From the IMG/VR virus record IMGVR_UViG_2877079323_000003, positions 5,715 through 69,714 of that record: a stretch of 64,000 nucleotides of DNA, one strand, 5' to 3'. This DNA is from a virus (lineage: Duplodnaviria; Caudoviricetes). A program made the position numbers and the translations under genes. The notes under the pieces are model-generated. The model saw only the letters and a program-made list of their open reading frames with translations. It searched no databases and had not been told where the DNA came from. Shown piece by piece: positions 49,835-59,501 of the stretch. Each line of letters opens with the position of its first letter. Position 1 is the stretch's first letter.

Positions 49835-50920
49835 ATGCTCTTGTCAAATAAGCGATACGAGATTGAGCTGTGGGATATGTCTGGTCACATGTTGGCCGAC
49901 ATCAGCCACATGGCACGGGACCGCGAGTTCACACTTGAACGCAATGAAGCTGAGACGCTTCAGTTTTCACTGGATCTAAACGAGTTCCAAGCATTTGCGC
50001 GTTCGATCAACACTCACCCGCGCAATCTCATTCAGGTCTATCAAACCGATGTGAAGGTCAAGCGCGACGGTCAGTACTTGTTCGGAACACAAATCGTCGA
50101 TATGCCAGTCACTCTCGGCGAAGAGTCCAGCACCATCGCTGTGACCTGCAAGGGCTACCTCAACCTGTTTAAGGATCGGTACATCACGAAGAACTACGTA
50201 GCTACTGATGCCGCGATGATTGCCCGCGACATGATCACCTACGTCCAAAGCCTTCCGTACGGCAACGTCGGGGTGTTGATGCTGCCGTTTCCATACCTCA
50301 CCAGCAAGTTCCGTGACCGCACCTACAGCCTGTCGAATGTGAAGACGAGCCTTCAAAACCTCACTGAACTGATCGATGGTCGCTTCGATTTCGCCTTCAC
50401 CTGGGACAAGAAGTTTCAGACCTACGAGCGTCTGGGCGCTGTACGCGCTGATCTACCACTGACCTACGGGGGAGTGGGAAGCAACATCAAGTCTGTCGTC
50501 GTTCCCAGAAGTGGCACTAGCCTGTTTAACCGTGTGATCGGGCTGGGATCAGGATTCGGTGACGACCAGCTGAGAAGCACGAAAGACGATGTTCAAAGTC
50601 AGATGGCCTACTACCTCCGTGAGGACATCAAGCAATTCAACAGCGTGGAGATCCAGACGACCCTCGATCAGAACACGTCGGCTGCCCTCGCGCTCGAGAA
50701 AGACATCCTGGAGATACCTGAGGTCGTCGTCACGAGCGCAGTCTTCGAAGGGAAACCGTTCGTATCAATCGGAGACCGGTTCCCTCTTGCGATCCTCGGT
50801 CATCCGCTGCTCGATGACATTGCCGGCCAATACCAGGTAGAGCAACTCACTGTGAGACTCGATGAGAACGACTTCGAGCAGATCACCCTTAAGTTCGACA
50901 ACTACAGGGAGCTGGCATGA
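49835..50920 (+). CDS. Baseplate hub / Tal-like minor tail protein
   Basis: Position after Dit; NRVIGLGSG, IGDRF. Confidence 0.7.
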   Translation: MLLSNKRYEIELWDMSGHMLADISHMARDREFTLERNEAETLQFSLDLNEFQAFARSINTHPRNLIQVYQTDVKVKRDGQYLFGTQIVDMPVTLGEESSTIAVTCKGYLNLFKDRYITKNYVATDAAMIARDMITYVQSLPYGNVGVLMLPFPYLTSKFRDRTYSLSNVKTSLQNLTELIDGRFDFAFTWDKKFQTYERLGAVRADLPLTYGGVGSNIKSVVVPRSGTSLFNRVIGLGSGFGDDQLRSTKDDVQSQMAYYLREDIKQFNSVEIQTTLDQNTSAALALEKDILEIPEVVVTSAVFEGKPFVSIGDRFPLAILGHPLLDDIAGQYQVEQLTVRLDENDFEQITLKFDNYRELA

Positions 50921-51438
50921 GTCGCATAGATCGACTTCCAGAGAACATCCTGTACGAGAAGATCACTCGACTCGACGCCGATGTCACCGAGTTCAAGAAT
51001 CGTCAGTTCGTGAGCGGTAAGTCAGGTGTACTCGGATACCTTAGTCAGACAACGAACACGTGGGACTACGCGCAGACCGTCAATTCCGGCAGTACGAGCC
51101 ACACCATCCTTCTCGATTTTCTGCTGCTCTACACGGGCGACGGATCGCAGGATTACCCGATGATCAACCCGTTCATTGATGTGTTCTGCGGATCGCCAGT
51201 CGAAGCAAACCGACTTAGGCCCGGAAAGTCCACCTACGTCAACGGGGCGAACTCTGTCTACATGATGCGTTGGATGGCCAGAGACAAGGAATCGACGGGG
51301 AGGCCCTTGCTAACCGATCCACTCAAGCTTCAGTGGGTCACTGGGTTTGCCGTGACTGGAAGCGTTCCGTTCTACGTCAAGTTCTACGCGAGCGGAACGA
51401 GTGCTGGCACAACACAACTGACAGCGAGGATTTCGTAG
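50917..51438 (+). CDS. Minor tail protein, paralog 1
   Basis: MSRIDRLPE N-terminus shared with the next two genes. Confidence 0.65.
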   Translation: MSRIDRLPENILYEKITRLDADVTEFKNRQFVSGKSGVLGYLSQTTNTWDYAQTVNSGSTSHTILLDFLLLYTGDGSQDYPMINPFIDVFCGSPVEANRLRPGKSTYVNGANSVYMMRWMARDKESTGRPLLTDPLKLQWVTGFAVTGSVPFYVKFYASGTSAGTTQLTARIS

Positions 51439-51948
51439 ATGAGCCGTCTGGACTCTCTTCCAGACGAACGACTGAGCGCGACCCTCGACAAGGTATCCGC
51501 TACTCTCCACGACTTGAAGACCTCGGCTCAGATTGCCGGAAGTGCTTCTCTTCAAGGGGTTCCATTCGATTCGGGTGCAGCATACGACTGGTCAGGCAAG
51601 CTCAACCAAGATCCACAAGCGCCGTCCGGATACGGGGCACTGTCGCTTGAAGTGACGCTGACTGCGGCGAACATGGACAACCTCTTCGGGCAGCTCTACG
51701 CATATCTCTATGTCGGAACTTCGACCAACTGGTACCGACCTAGTAACTACATCTACGATGTCGGGCTGTTCAACCCGGCAATCAAGCCGTGGCTTTGCAA
51801 CGTGACGGATGGATCTGTGCCCGTTGCGAATCGCAAGCAGAAGCGGTGGTTGGTCTATCTCAACGGCGACACAACGAAGACCGTCTACCTGAAGTTCTAC
51901 GGCAACGTCAGCGACAGTGCGTCGATCTCGATACAGGTGTTGTCATGA
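51439..51948 (+). CDS. Minor tail protein, paralog 2
   Basis: MSRLDSLPD N-terminus. Confidence 0.65.
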   Translation: MSRLDSLPDERLSATLDKVSATLHDLKTSAQIAGSASLQGVPFDSGAAYDWSGKLNQDPQAPSGYGALSLEVTLTAANMDNLFGQLYAYLYVGTSTNWYRPSNYIYDVGLFNPAIKPWLCNVTDGSVPVANRKQKRWLVYLNGDTTKTVYLKFYGNVSDSASISIQVLS

Positions 51949-52379
51949 CGCGAATCGATCGACTTCCTGAGGAGTATCTGTTCACCCGGATCATCGACCT
52001 CGACCGGGAGTTTCAAGAGTTGCGAACCAGCGTGCAGTGGCTCGGCAGTTCGAGCGTTCGGAGCTACCCGATCTTCACGACGTCAACCTATGACATCGTG
52101 GTCTCGTCGGTCGGAACGGGCAACCGGATCATCGAGTTGACCTTCACGCCAGCTGATCGCAAGACCGATCGTATGGGGATGGTCTACAGCATGGCTTACA
52201 CGAAAGTAATCAGCAATGATTCGGTCGGTGAGTTCGTCGAGTGGTTAAAACCTGTAAACGGAATACAGAAGATTCGTCTATATCTAAACGGGAGCGATTT
52301 CAGTCCGACAGTGACTGCTTCCTACAAGTTCTATCTCACCGCAAATGGGGCTGGTTCATTTACTGCAAGCTTAGTATGA
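51945..52379 (+). CDS. Minor tail protein, paralog 3
   Basis: MTRIDRLPE N-terminus at an ATGA overlap. Confidence 0.65.
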   Translation: MTRIDRLPEEYLFTRIIDLDREFQELRTSVQWLGSSSVRSYPIFTTSTYDIVVSSVGTGNRIIELTFTPADRKTDRMGMVYSMAYTKVISNDSVGEFVEWLKPVNGIQKIRLYLNGSDFSPTVTASYKFYLTANGAGSFTASLV

Positions 52380-52403
52380 TAAAGAAAGAAGGGTATTAAA
52401 GGC

Positions 52404-53387
52404 ATGGCGAAACTACTAATCAATCCAGCGGCAGGAGGAAACTCAGACTACTACGGGACATTCATCAACACGACGAACTTCTTTACAGGGAATGTCTTCA
52501 AGGGATTAAACGTCACACAGACGGCATCAGCGAGTATGGCTGTGGTCGTCAACCCAGGCAGCGGACTGATCCGGGAGGGTACGTTCCCAGGTCAGATCGG
52601 CTACCACGTTGCGATAGATACCGTTGGGGGAGAAACAGTTACGATCGCAACGGCCAATGTGAGCAATCCTCGAATCGATGCGATCGTCGGCTACATTGAT
52701 AAGTCAGTGACAGTGCCAAGTGGAACGAACAACACCAACATCTACAAACTCGCTGCGGTGGCTGGAACTCCAGGTGTATCACCTGTCGCGCCGACAGATG
52801 CGCAGATCAAGGCCGCTATCGGGGCAGCGAATCCTTACGATACCTATGCAACGGTGCTAGTTGGTACCAGCGTATCGCAAGTTGCCACTTCGAATATTAC
52901 CGACCGGAGGAACACTGCGATCGGTGGGATTGCAGCGAGTATTCCGGATTATTCAATACCCGTCACGTCGCTCGCGTCTGCAAGAGACGTGCTATATAAC
53001 TCGACCGATACTTCGACATTCAGCGTGGCGACTCCTGGTTCCTTTGTTACATTTGGTCCGAATTTGACTTTTACGACGCCGCGAGACAAGACTGAGGTAG
53101 AGATAAAAGTATTTCTTCCGAAGGTTACCGTTGGTGGCACATTGCAAGCCGACTGGCGTCTCTATGACAGCACTGGTTCAGTCGAAATCCTAAGTACGAC
53201 ATCTACTACAACAAACATCGGGTCGGGGGCTTGGTTTCCGAACGGAATACGTTTAGAGACGACCTATCAATATGCTGTTGCTGGAACGTACACAATTAAT
53301 GTTCAGCAGAATGCCAGTGGGGTTAACAATCCGAGCTATCAGTCCAGGAAGTTGTATCAAGTTAAGTTGAATCGCTTCTACAGCTGA
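52404..53387 (+). CDS. Upper baseplate / receptor-binding-like protein
   Basis: SNPRIDAIV...GTP...P...ITDRR N-domain, beta-rich C-terminus. Confidence 0.7.
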   Translation: MAKLLINPAAGGNSDYYGTFINTTNFFTGNVFKGLNVTQTASASMAVVVNPGSGLIREGTFPGQIGYHVAIDTVGGETVTIATANVSNPRIDAIVGYIDKSVTVPSGTNNTNIYKLAAVAGTPGVSPVAPTDAQIKAAIGAANPYDTYATVLVGTSVSQVATSNITDRRNTAIGGIAASIPDYSIPVTSLASARDVLYNSTDTSTFSVATPGSFVTFGPNLTFTTPRDKTEVEIKVFLPKVTVGGTLQADWRLYDSTGSVEILSTTSTTTNIGSGAWFPNGIRLETTYQYAVAGTYTINVQQNASGVNNPSYQSRKLYQVKLNRFYS

Positions 53388-53409
53388 TTATCCTAGGATT
53401 AGAGCTTGA

Positions 53410-53757
53410 ATGAATGACCAAGAAAAGATTAACCGACTTGTCACCGATGTAGCTGTCATTAAGACAGTAATTAAGCATTCAGACGAACGGCACGCCGAGA
53501 TGGTCGAGAACGACCGTCGGATTATTGAGCGCCTAGACAGCCTGGCGGTCGTCAAGACTGAGGACTTCACTGCGTATAAGAAACAAGTGGAGGATACGTA
53601 TGTCCCGCGCACGGAGTTGGCAGGCCTGCTCAAAGCGTGGAGCATCGCAACCAATTGGATTACCAGGGTGCTCGTGCTCAGCCTGGTCGGCCTGGCTCTT
53701 TGGGGAGCAGTTCAGAGCCAGGACATGACGGAGATAATCAGGATAGATAGGAGGTGA
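53410..53757 (+). CDS. Coiled-coil protein with C-terminal TM (lysis cassette)
   Basis: Directly upstream of the endolysin. Confidence 0.55.
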   Translation: MNDQEKINRLVTDVAVIKTVIKHSDERHAEMVENDRRIIERLDSLAVVKTEDFTAYKKQVEDTYVPRTELAGLLKAWSIATNWITRVLVLSLVGLALWGAVQSQDMTEIIRIDRR

Positions 53758-53758
53758 C

Positions 53759-54637
53759 ATGGCTAGATTCTTAACGCCAGTTTCGGATCGGATCACGCAA
53801 CAGTTCGGCGAGAACCCCGACTACTACAGGTCGCTTGGGCAACTGGGTCATACGGGCATTGATTACGGATGCTCTCTAGGAACTGCTGTACGGGCGACTG
53901 GCGACGGAAGAGTTAGTTTCGCAGGACCAGGAGCAAATCATGGTGGGTTCCTGTCAGTAGCCGGAAACGCGATTCTTCTCGACCACGGCGACATTTACAG
54001 CGCTTACTCACACCTGAGTCGGTTCGCAGTGAGCCAGGGTCAGCAAGTGAGTCAAGGACAGGTAATCGGATACTCGGGAAACACCGGCCAAGTCACAGGT
54101 CCTCACCTACATTTCGAATTCTGGGGTAAGCCGACGAACTGGCAGAACGGATGGTCTGGCCGTTTGAATCCAAACAACTATTTAAGTTCCGCAATAGCGG
54201 GAGGAGGTGAAGTTATGAACTATGACGATGGAGTAGCACTGTATCGAACTGGATTGCACCGCGAACCTGAAAATGATTCAGCAGCGCGAAGTATGGTGGG
54301 GATGACGCCGCGATCTGCCATGGATAACTTCCGAGGCAGTGAGGAGTGGTTGAATCAAAATCACAAGATCGTGTACTTCGATCAAGTCAACGCTCAGCTG
54401 CAGGAAGCGAACGCAAGAATCGCTCAACTAATTCAACGACCGGATGTCTCTCCAGAGCTGACTGCCCAACTGGAAAAACTTCGAGATGAGAATGAAATTG
54501 CGTTGGAGAAAAACAGTGAACTTGAAAAACGGAAGATGGAACTCGAAAGCGTGCAGCGCGCAGACAAAGAAGCAGGCGAATCGCTCCTACGCAGGCTTGG
54601 GCAGTTCGTCAGCAAATACATACCAGGATTGAAATAA
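53759..54637 (+). CDS. Endolysin, M23 peptidase with coiled-coil C-terminus
   Basis: HTGID, YSHL, SGNTG..TGPHLHFE. Confidence 0.88.
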   Translation: MARFLTPVSDRITQQFGENPDYYRSLGQLGHTGIDYGCSLGTAVRATGDGRVSFAGPGANHGGFLSVAGNAILLDHGDIYSAYSHLSRFAVSQGQQVSQGQVIGYSGNTGQVTGPHLHFEFWGKPTNWQNGWSGRLNPNNYLSSAIAGGGEVMNYDDGVALYRTGLHREPENDSAARSMVGMTPRSAMDNFRGSEEWLNQNHKIVYFDQVNAQLQEANARIAQLIQRPDVSPELTAQLEKLRDENEIALEKNSELEKRKMELESVQRADKEAGESLLRRLGQFVSKYIPGLK

Positions 54638-54641
54638 GGAG

Positions 54642-54845
54642 GTGAACATGAACCATACATACGATCAACCAACATCAGCCCCAACATCGAAAGTAGCAGC
54701 AGCCGGAATCGGTGGATCTGTCGCAATCGTACTCATCTGGCTTGCCGGACAGTTCGGTGTCGAACTCAGTGCGGAGGTTGCATCTGCAATCACAGCGATC
54801 GTCGCGTTTGCGGCTGGATACTTCAAACGAAGCAGCACTAATTAG
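54642..54845 (+). CDS. Putative holin
   Basis: Small two-TM protein after the endolysin. Confidence 0.65.
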   Translation: MNMNHTYDQPTSAPTSKVAAAGIGGSVAIVLIWLAGQFGVELSAEVASAITAIVAFAAGYFKRSSTN

Positions 54846-54866
54846 CTCTCAAAAGCATTTTGCGTC

Positions 54867-54895
54867 GCGCCTGACACGTGTTGTCAGGCGCTTTT
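54867..54895 (+). terminator. Intrinsic terminator ending the late operon
   Basis: GCGCCTGACA / TGTCAGGCGC then TTTT. Confidence 0.7.
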
Positions 54896-54995
54896 GATAT
54901 GTAAGTCCTGCGAGTTGCGCGGCGTCTCCTGCAAGCTCTGATACGCTCGGACTCACTGAATAAGTCTGTTGTTCAATTCCTAAGGGGGAACCAAA

Positions 54996-55355
54996 GTGGC
55001 TGAACGCATCATCAAGCAACTGATCGATGATCTCGATGGGAAGGATATTCAGGATGGCTTCGGTCAGAAGGTCGAATTCTCCTACCAGGGAACCGATTAC
55101 ACGATCGACCTGCGTGACTCGAATGTGGACAAGCTGGAGAAGGCACTCAAGCCTTACATCGAAGCTGCACAGAAGGTCGGCGTAGCCCGCAAGACCCGCA
55201 AGGGAAGCGGAACACCCAATGCCGCAAGTGGTTCCGGTCGTTCAAAGGAACAGCTTCAGGCGATTCGTGACTGGGCTGTGAAGAATGGCTTCGAGGTTGC
55301 ACCCCGTGGGCGTATCAAGGCTGAAGTGATCGACGCCTTCGACGCAGCACACTAG
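54996..55355 (+). CDS. lsr2: Lsr2 nucleoid-associated protein
   Basis: LIDDLDG...YTIDL...AIRDWA..NG.EV..RGRI. Confidence 0.95.
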   Translation: MAERIIKQLIDDLDGKDIQDGFGQKVEFSYQGTDYTIDLRDSNVDKLEKALKPYIEAAQKVGVARKTRKGSGTPNAASGSGRSKEQLQAIRDWAVKNGFEVAPRGRIKAEVIDAFDAAH

Positions 55356-55396
55356 CGTCTCTGCACCACTTCTCCGCCGCTATATGTGGTGGCATC

Positions 55397-55435
55397 AGAC
55401 TCCCCTGGCTGAAATCTGGTTGGGGGAGTCTTTTT
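55397..55435 (+). terminator. Intrinsic terminator after lsr2
   Basis: AGACTCCCC / GGGGAGTCT then T-tract. Confidence 0.7.
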
Positions 55436-55441
55436 GTCTGC

Positions 55442-55541
55442 TCACCCCTGTTAATCCGTGGAGGATCGGCGGGGTAGGGGAGTGCTACTGGAGTTTGTCA
55501 CCCCTGGAGAACGCCTTTCAGCGTGACGGGTAGGGGAGTGC
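55442..55541. repeat. Two-unit structured tandem repeat, 56-bp period
   Basis: TCACCCCTG-N21-GGGTAGGGGAGTGC at 55442 and 55498. Confidence 0.7.
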
Positions 55542-55545
55542 CGGA

Positions 55546-55890
55546 GTGAGCGTGATTGTCGTGGGCACTCAGTATGGTGTGTGGATGCCAACTTATGGAG
55601 TCTGGAAGTCGAGTCGATACTTCATGATCACTGATCTCGATCCTGCGAAAGAGTCTGACTCGTTGTCCGAGCTTGAGTCATTTGCCCTGCAGCGCAACTG
55701 GTATGCACCAGCTCCGGCATTGATCGCCCGACGGAACGGTAGCGCCTGGGTTCCACTTGACTGGGTACGTAAGGATGGACGCGACCCGCTCACACCGGAC
55801 CAGCCGATCAAGTACCAGGAAGTGCGCGAAGGTAAGCGAGCGTGGGCGAAACATCTTGGTAAGCGGCCTACTGATCTCACGCAGGCATAG
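55546..55890 (+). CDS. Hypothetical protein
   Basis: ORF followed by a strong hairpin at ~55899-55939. Confidence 0.5.
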   Translation: MSVIVVGTQYGVWMPTYGVWKSSRYFMITDLDPAKESDSLSELESFALQRNWYAPAPALIARRNGSAWVPLDWVRKDGRDPLTPDQPIKYQEVREGKRAWAKHLGKRPTDLTQA

Positions 55891-56222
55891 CCAAGAAAGA
55901 CCGAACCCCAGCAACGAAACTGTCTGCTGGGGTTCGGTCGTAGATCGACGTGATGGGGCGTCACCTGATGTCCGTGAAGTCTCTCAAGGTGTCTCGGATT
56001 CGGATGAAGTCGTGGTTCGCGAGTGAATCGACTTCACCAGTGATTGCCTGGATGCGTGCGCGAGTCGGAGAGTCGAGATAGTTGTTCGGATCAATCTCAT
56101 CTCCCATCATGCGGCGCGCTTCGTGTGCGATTTCTCGACACTCGATCATGACGGACTCGGCGTGCATCTCCAGTCGTTCCGCTGCCTCGACCATGGCTTG
56201 CAGGTCATTGATTCGATCGGCG

Positions 56223-56513
56223 TCACCCACGGGTCTCCTCCTGAATCTTCCGGAGCTCTTGGAAGACCCGAACATCCTCCAGCCAGGCCGCCCTGTCTTT
56301 GTCGCGTTCAACGCGGTGCTCAAGTTCCTGTTTGAACCACTCGACGAGATCGACTTCGTTTGGGGAGGCAGTACCCGCTTCGATCTTCTCGCAGCACTCC
56401 TTGATTACATCCATGATCGGGCGTCCGCCCTCGTTGGTGAAGTTGACGAAGTAGGTCAAGATGGAGTCGTTGATCTGCTGCCATTCAGTGCGCTGTTCAT
56501 CCATGATGATCAT
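56223..56513 (-). CDS. Hypothetical protein in the coupling-protein operon
   Basis: One of several coupled small ORFs (55961-56975) downstream of the ATPase. Confidence 0.5.
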   Translation of the reverse strand: MIIMDEQRTEWQQINDSILTYFVNFTNEGGRPIMDVIKECCEKIEAGTASPNEVDLVEWFKQELEHRVERDKDRAAWLEDVRVFQELRKIQEETRG

Positions 56514-56791
56514 CCCATCCTCAAGGCTCGTAGTGGCTGAAGAACATTCGTGGTCGAAGCAGTTCTGAGTTCGTTCAAGTTGTAGGAGACCTGGAACAAT
56601 CGCAGAAGTGATTCAGTGCCGTATTGCTCGATCGCTTGACGATGTTTCTCGGCTTCGAAGATCAGCTCTTCGCTGACTCGTGTGATCGTCTGTCCAAGTT
56701 TTCTCATCGCAAATGCCTGATCGATGAGGTTGTCGAGGATCTGGACGGGCGGAAGATCTGTCATCACTGCTCCAATCGGCAGGTCGGTCAT
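56510..56791 (-). CDS. Hypothetical protein in the coupling-protein operon
   Basis: ATGA-coupled ORF. Confidence 0.5.
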   Translation of the reverse strand: MTDLPIGAVMTDLPPVQILDNLIDQAFAMRKLGQTITRVSEELIFEAEKHRQAIEQYGTESLLRLFQVSYNLNELRTASTTNVLQPLRALRMG

Positions 56792-56959
56792 GGTGAGTGC
56801 TGGACGGCTTGGCTGATGCGGAACTGAATGTGCTCCAGGTAGGCGTTCAGGCTGACTAGCATGATCATCGCGAGTGCGGGATTCTCTTCGCGTAGATCGT
56901 CTACAGCACTTGCCATCTCGTGCGCATCTTCGACCAGCTTCTCAATCGTGGTAACTGCT

Positions 56960-59212
56960 TCAGCTTGCAGCGTCATCTTTGATCTCCCGGTTCTGATCGT
57001 CGGGCACGTCGTATGTTGAAGTGCCAATGGGTTTGTGCGACTGCTGCGTTGGCATAGTTGGTCTACGACGCTGAACTTCCGCAGCATCGATGGACTCGAT
57101 ACTCCTTCCGTACTTCTGCTCCGAGATTTGGAAGGCGCGTTGGCCGTGCCCGTAGCCGATCGCTTCGGGATAGGTGTGCATCGTGAACGGCCTACTCGTG
57201 CCCTCTTTGGTGTTGATTCGGGCAAGGGCGTCGAACGCTTTCAGGTTGACGATCTGTTCTGCAGTGATCGTGCGGTCTGCGAAGTCACGTTGATGGATCT
57301 GTGCGCTCTTCGGGCTGGACTGGAAGATAATCTTCGAACGGGCATTCGCTGCAATCGCGTCTTGAGTTGAGGTCGGGAGGCGTTCAACGTACTGAGTTGC
57401 TAGGACTAGTCCGAGCTTCTTACGACGGGCGGTGGCAAGCATGTCCTCGAAGTCCGAGTTCAGTCTGCTGAAGTACTGGAACTCATCGATGAACATCAGG
57501 TTGAGCTTCTCAGGGGCTGATGCACTTGCAGCTCGCCACAGCGCCGACACGATGAAGCTGCCGATCAACGATGCGACCTGTTCCGATACTCCTGCGAAGT
57601 TCACGAACAACAGACGGTTGTTGTTGATCACGTCGAACGGATCGAACGACGACGTTTCTTGAGTAACCAAGTATCGCGACTCGGCAGGCGTCAAGATCTC
57701 CCAGAGTCGGTTTTCGAGCGCCTGACTGTCCTTCTCTCGTGTTTCCTTGCTCTTGCCGAGCCAGTCGGTGAGGAACTGCTTGATCGGGCGATCTTTCTGC
57801 TTGCCGGCCACATCGCGTGCCCATGCGAGTTCGACTGGGTTACGCGGGTTCGCCATGACCAGGACGTCTGCGAGGGTCGCGTTGGGGACGACTTCGAGTG
57901 CGGGAATGATGTGGCTGATCAGTTTTCGTGTGTAGACGCTCTTGTTGTCGGGGTAGATCGCTTCGAGCAAGGTAGTGAGCTGTCCTGCAACTAGACTCGG
58001 CGAACCGAGCTTGATGATGTTCAACCCCACCGGGAACTGGTTTCGAGTGAAGTCGATAACGATCACATCATCGAGTCGGTGTGCGGGAACCTGGTTGAGC
58101 CCTTTGTTGAGCAGGTTGCCCTCGTACTCGAACACGAAAGCCCCATAGCCCTTGTCGATCGTCTGTCTCAAGAGTCGTTCAGCAAGCGTTGTCTTACCGA
58201 CTTCAGTTGCCCCACCGATGTACAGGTGAGTGAGCGCTTTCTCCCAGTCCAGTGCGATCGGGCGTTCTACTCCGGGCATCGTGCTGCGACCAAGCACCAG
58301 CCCACTTCGAGGAACCCCGTTTGTCGGTGGGCGGTGTTGTGTTGTCCCTCTGACCAACCCTGGAATGTCAGGCACACGAGAACCCATGGGCCAGGCGATG
58401 ACTCCGCTCAGCTCCTTGGTCGAAAGTTCAGCAGTCATGATCAACGGGGTGCGGGCAAACTCAATTTGATCCGACAGCTTCACCGGATCGACAGGTTTCG
58501 TCTTGAAGTAAGCTGCACCCGATTCGCTGGTCAGCGCAGTCACGACATCGTTCACGAGACGCATCGCTCGCTTCTGGTTGGCGGCCTTTGCAGCGATACG
58601 CCCCGTTGCCAGGAACATTTGATCAGACTGCTTCGCCCGACGATCACCGATCTCTTCAGGACTAGCAATGGTCTTGCCCATCAAGGCCTGCCAGATGGTG
58701 GTGTTGGCACTTGAGACGTTCTCTGTCCCGTGAGCGATTCGTTTCGCGTTGGAGTGGCAGATCACCCACTGCAGTATCAGTTCGTCGCCGTCTTCCACAG
58801 CGTCTTGCATCGAACCGAGAAGCCGAGCGCTGTAATCAGATTCGCTCGCCAAGGCCAGAGTTCTTGCCCCGTTGTGCATCTTGATCGAGACGCCGTAGTC
58901 GTACTTGTAAGCAACCTTGTCGTCGTACTCCTGGTATCCGATGCCGTCTACCGAAGTTCGCAGCATCTTCATGAGGTACTGCCCTTTCCCCTTCGGAAAA
59001 CGGATGATGTGCTGAATCCCGTTGGGGGAGACGACAACCTCGAAGACGATGGTCGGTGTGCCATCGAAGGCGTGAGAGCCGGGGAGAAGTGACGTGCCGA
59101 TCGAGCGGAGAAACGCAGTGACACGTTCTTCCGGAAGCTCAGGCTGGAAGGTGAGGATGAACGAGTCACGCGAAGTGTCGTACGCGCGTTGATGTTTCGA
59201 GAAGAAGCCCAT
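56960..59212 (-). CDS. Type IV coupling protein-like (TraD/TrwB/HerA-FtsK fold) ATPase
   Basis: HLYIGGATEVGKT (Walker A), MFIDEFQ (Walker B), ARRKKLGLVLATQY, PFTMHT. Confidence 0.82.
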   Translation of the reverse strand: MGFFSKHQRAYDTSRDSFILTFQPELPEERVTAFLRSIGTSLLPGSHAFDGTPTIVFEVVVSPNGIQHIIRFPKGKGQYLMKMLRTSVDGIGYQEYDDKVAYKYDYGVSIKMHNGARTLALASESDYSARLLGSMQDAVEDGDELILQWVICHSNAKRIAHGTENVSSANTTIWQALMGKTIASPEEIGDRRAKQSDQMFLATGRIAAKAANQKRAMRLVNDVVTALTSESGAAYFKTKPVDPVKLSDQIEFARTPLIMTAELSTKELSGVIAWPMGSRVPDIPGLVRGTTQHRPPTNGVPRSGLVLGRSTMPGVERPIALDWEKALTHLYIGGATEVGKTTLAERLLRQTIDKGYGAFVFEYEGNLLNKGLNQVPAHRLDDVIVIDFTRNQFPVGLNIIKLGSPSLVAGQLTTLLEAIYPDNKSVYTRKLISHIIPALEVVPNATLADVLVMANPRNPVELAWARDVAGKQKDRPIKQFLTDWLGKSKETREKDSQALENRLWEILTPAESRYLVTQETSSFDPFDVINNNRLLFVNFAGVSEQVASLIGSFIVSALWRAASASAPEKLNLMFIDEFQYFSRLNSDFEDMLATARRKKLGLVLATQYVERLPTSTQDAIAANARSKIIFQSSPKSAQIHQRDFADRTITAEQIVNLKAFDALARINTKEGTSRPFTMHTYPEAIGYGHGQRAFQISEQKYGRSIESIDAAEVQRRRPTMPTQQSHKPIGTSTYDVPDDQNREIKDDAAS

Positions 59213-59330
59213 CAGGAATCGCCCCTCTCAAGGGGATCTGGTGGGTACAAGACTGGGAGTAGACGTTCGATCATTGTCTACTCCCAGCTTGACACACTCT
59301 TGATAATTCGTCACTTGACGAAAGTGACGG

Positions 59331-59501
59331 CTAGAGACGCAGGTAGAACTTTGCGGCTCGCCATGCGATGACCGAGACGGCGATCGCGATGACCACGGTG
59401 ATGATCAGGGGAGCTGCTGCTTGGATGACCGGCACCGCGATCGAAAGAGCGATCGCGATGCCGATCATCGACGCGGCAACGGAGGGAAGGCGTTTGATCA
59501 T
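59331..59501 (-). CDS. 56-aa hydrophobic two-TM peptide (below ORF-track cutoff)
   Basis: My translation MIKRLPSVAASMIGIAIALSIAVPVIQAAAPLIITVVIAIAVSVIAWRAAKFYLRL; GGAGG RBS. Confidence 0.55.
   Translation of the reverse strand: MIKRLPSVAASMIGIAIALSIAVPVIQAAAPLIITVVIAIAVSVIAWRAAKFYLRL

Noticed and set aside
50917-53387. Diversity-generating retroelement acting on tail genes
   Set aside because: No reverse transcriptase and no TR/VR pair differing at adenines
55442-55541. CRISPR array
   Set aside because: Only two units, bipartite repeat, no cas genes
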